A stretch of 64,000 nt of DNA from Mizuhopecten yessoensis (lineage: Eukaryota). Of the stretch, positions 63,728 through 64,000 are shown piece by piece. Every line of letters starts with the position of its first letter. The stretch's first letter is position 1. The notes under the pieces are model-generated. The model was not told the DNA's origin, did not search any database, and saw only the letters and a list, made by a program, of their open reading frames with translations. The DNA is taken from positions 1,903,409 to 1,967,408 of the forward strand of contig NW_018403984.1 in NCBI RefSeq assembly GCF_002113885.1, given 5' to 3'. The position numbers were made by a program, and so were the translations under genes.

Positions 63728-64000
63728 TGACGCTACAGGCGGTTTATCCTTGGATTCATTTACGATGTTTATGATACGGATGCTGACCGGAACATTTTTG
63801 AAGTGGACTCCCTGTTCCATGGTCATCCTTCAATATCTTCCCCGATGACCGAGTGACTTTTATTTTTTTTATCAAATGTGTAAAAAACAATAACGCTAAA
63901 AAAGGTGGAAATTGTTTCAAAGTCAAAACACGGATATAATCCGGGCAAAAAGTCAATACTTTAAAACGCAATCCGAATAATTGGTCAATAGGGACGCAAG

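Overview
Eukaryotic, AT-rich, non-genic 64-kb window. The repeat families point to a bivalve mollusc, possibly a scallop; this comes from recalled motifs, not a database search. I could not support any host protein-coding exon, rRNA, functional tRNA or CRISPR array. The only protein-like sequence is a frameshifted, 5'-truncated non-LTR retrotransposon ORF2 C-terminus (47290-47805, minus). The very long ORFs at 50.6-56.6 kb are artefacts of a 42-bp purine-rich satellite. The window holds five large tandem-repeat blocks (32/44, 44=2x22, modular 65/70, 50 and 42 bp), nested tRNA-derived SINEs, several MITEs or palindromic elements, two assembly gaps and a few enhancer-like motif islands. The best lead is five separate LINE-type 3' ends sharing the layout CTGAT + short hairpin + AATAAA + microsatellite tail. 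Their stem sequences differ but still pair, and the motif resembles a hammerhead ribozyme core. A decayed minimal type I hammerhead lies at about 2.4 kb.
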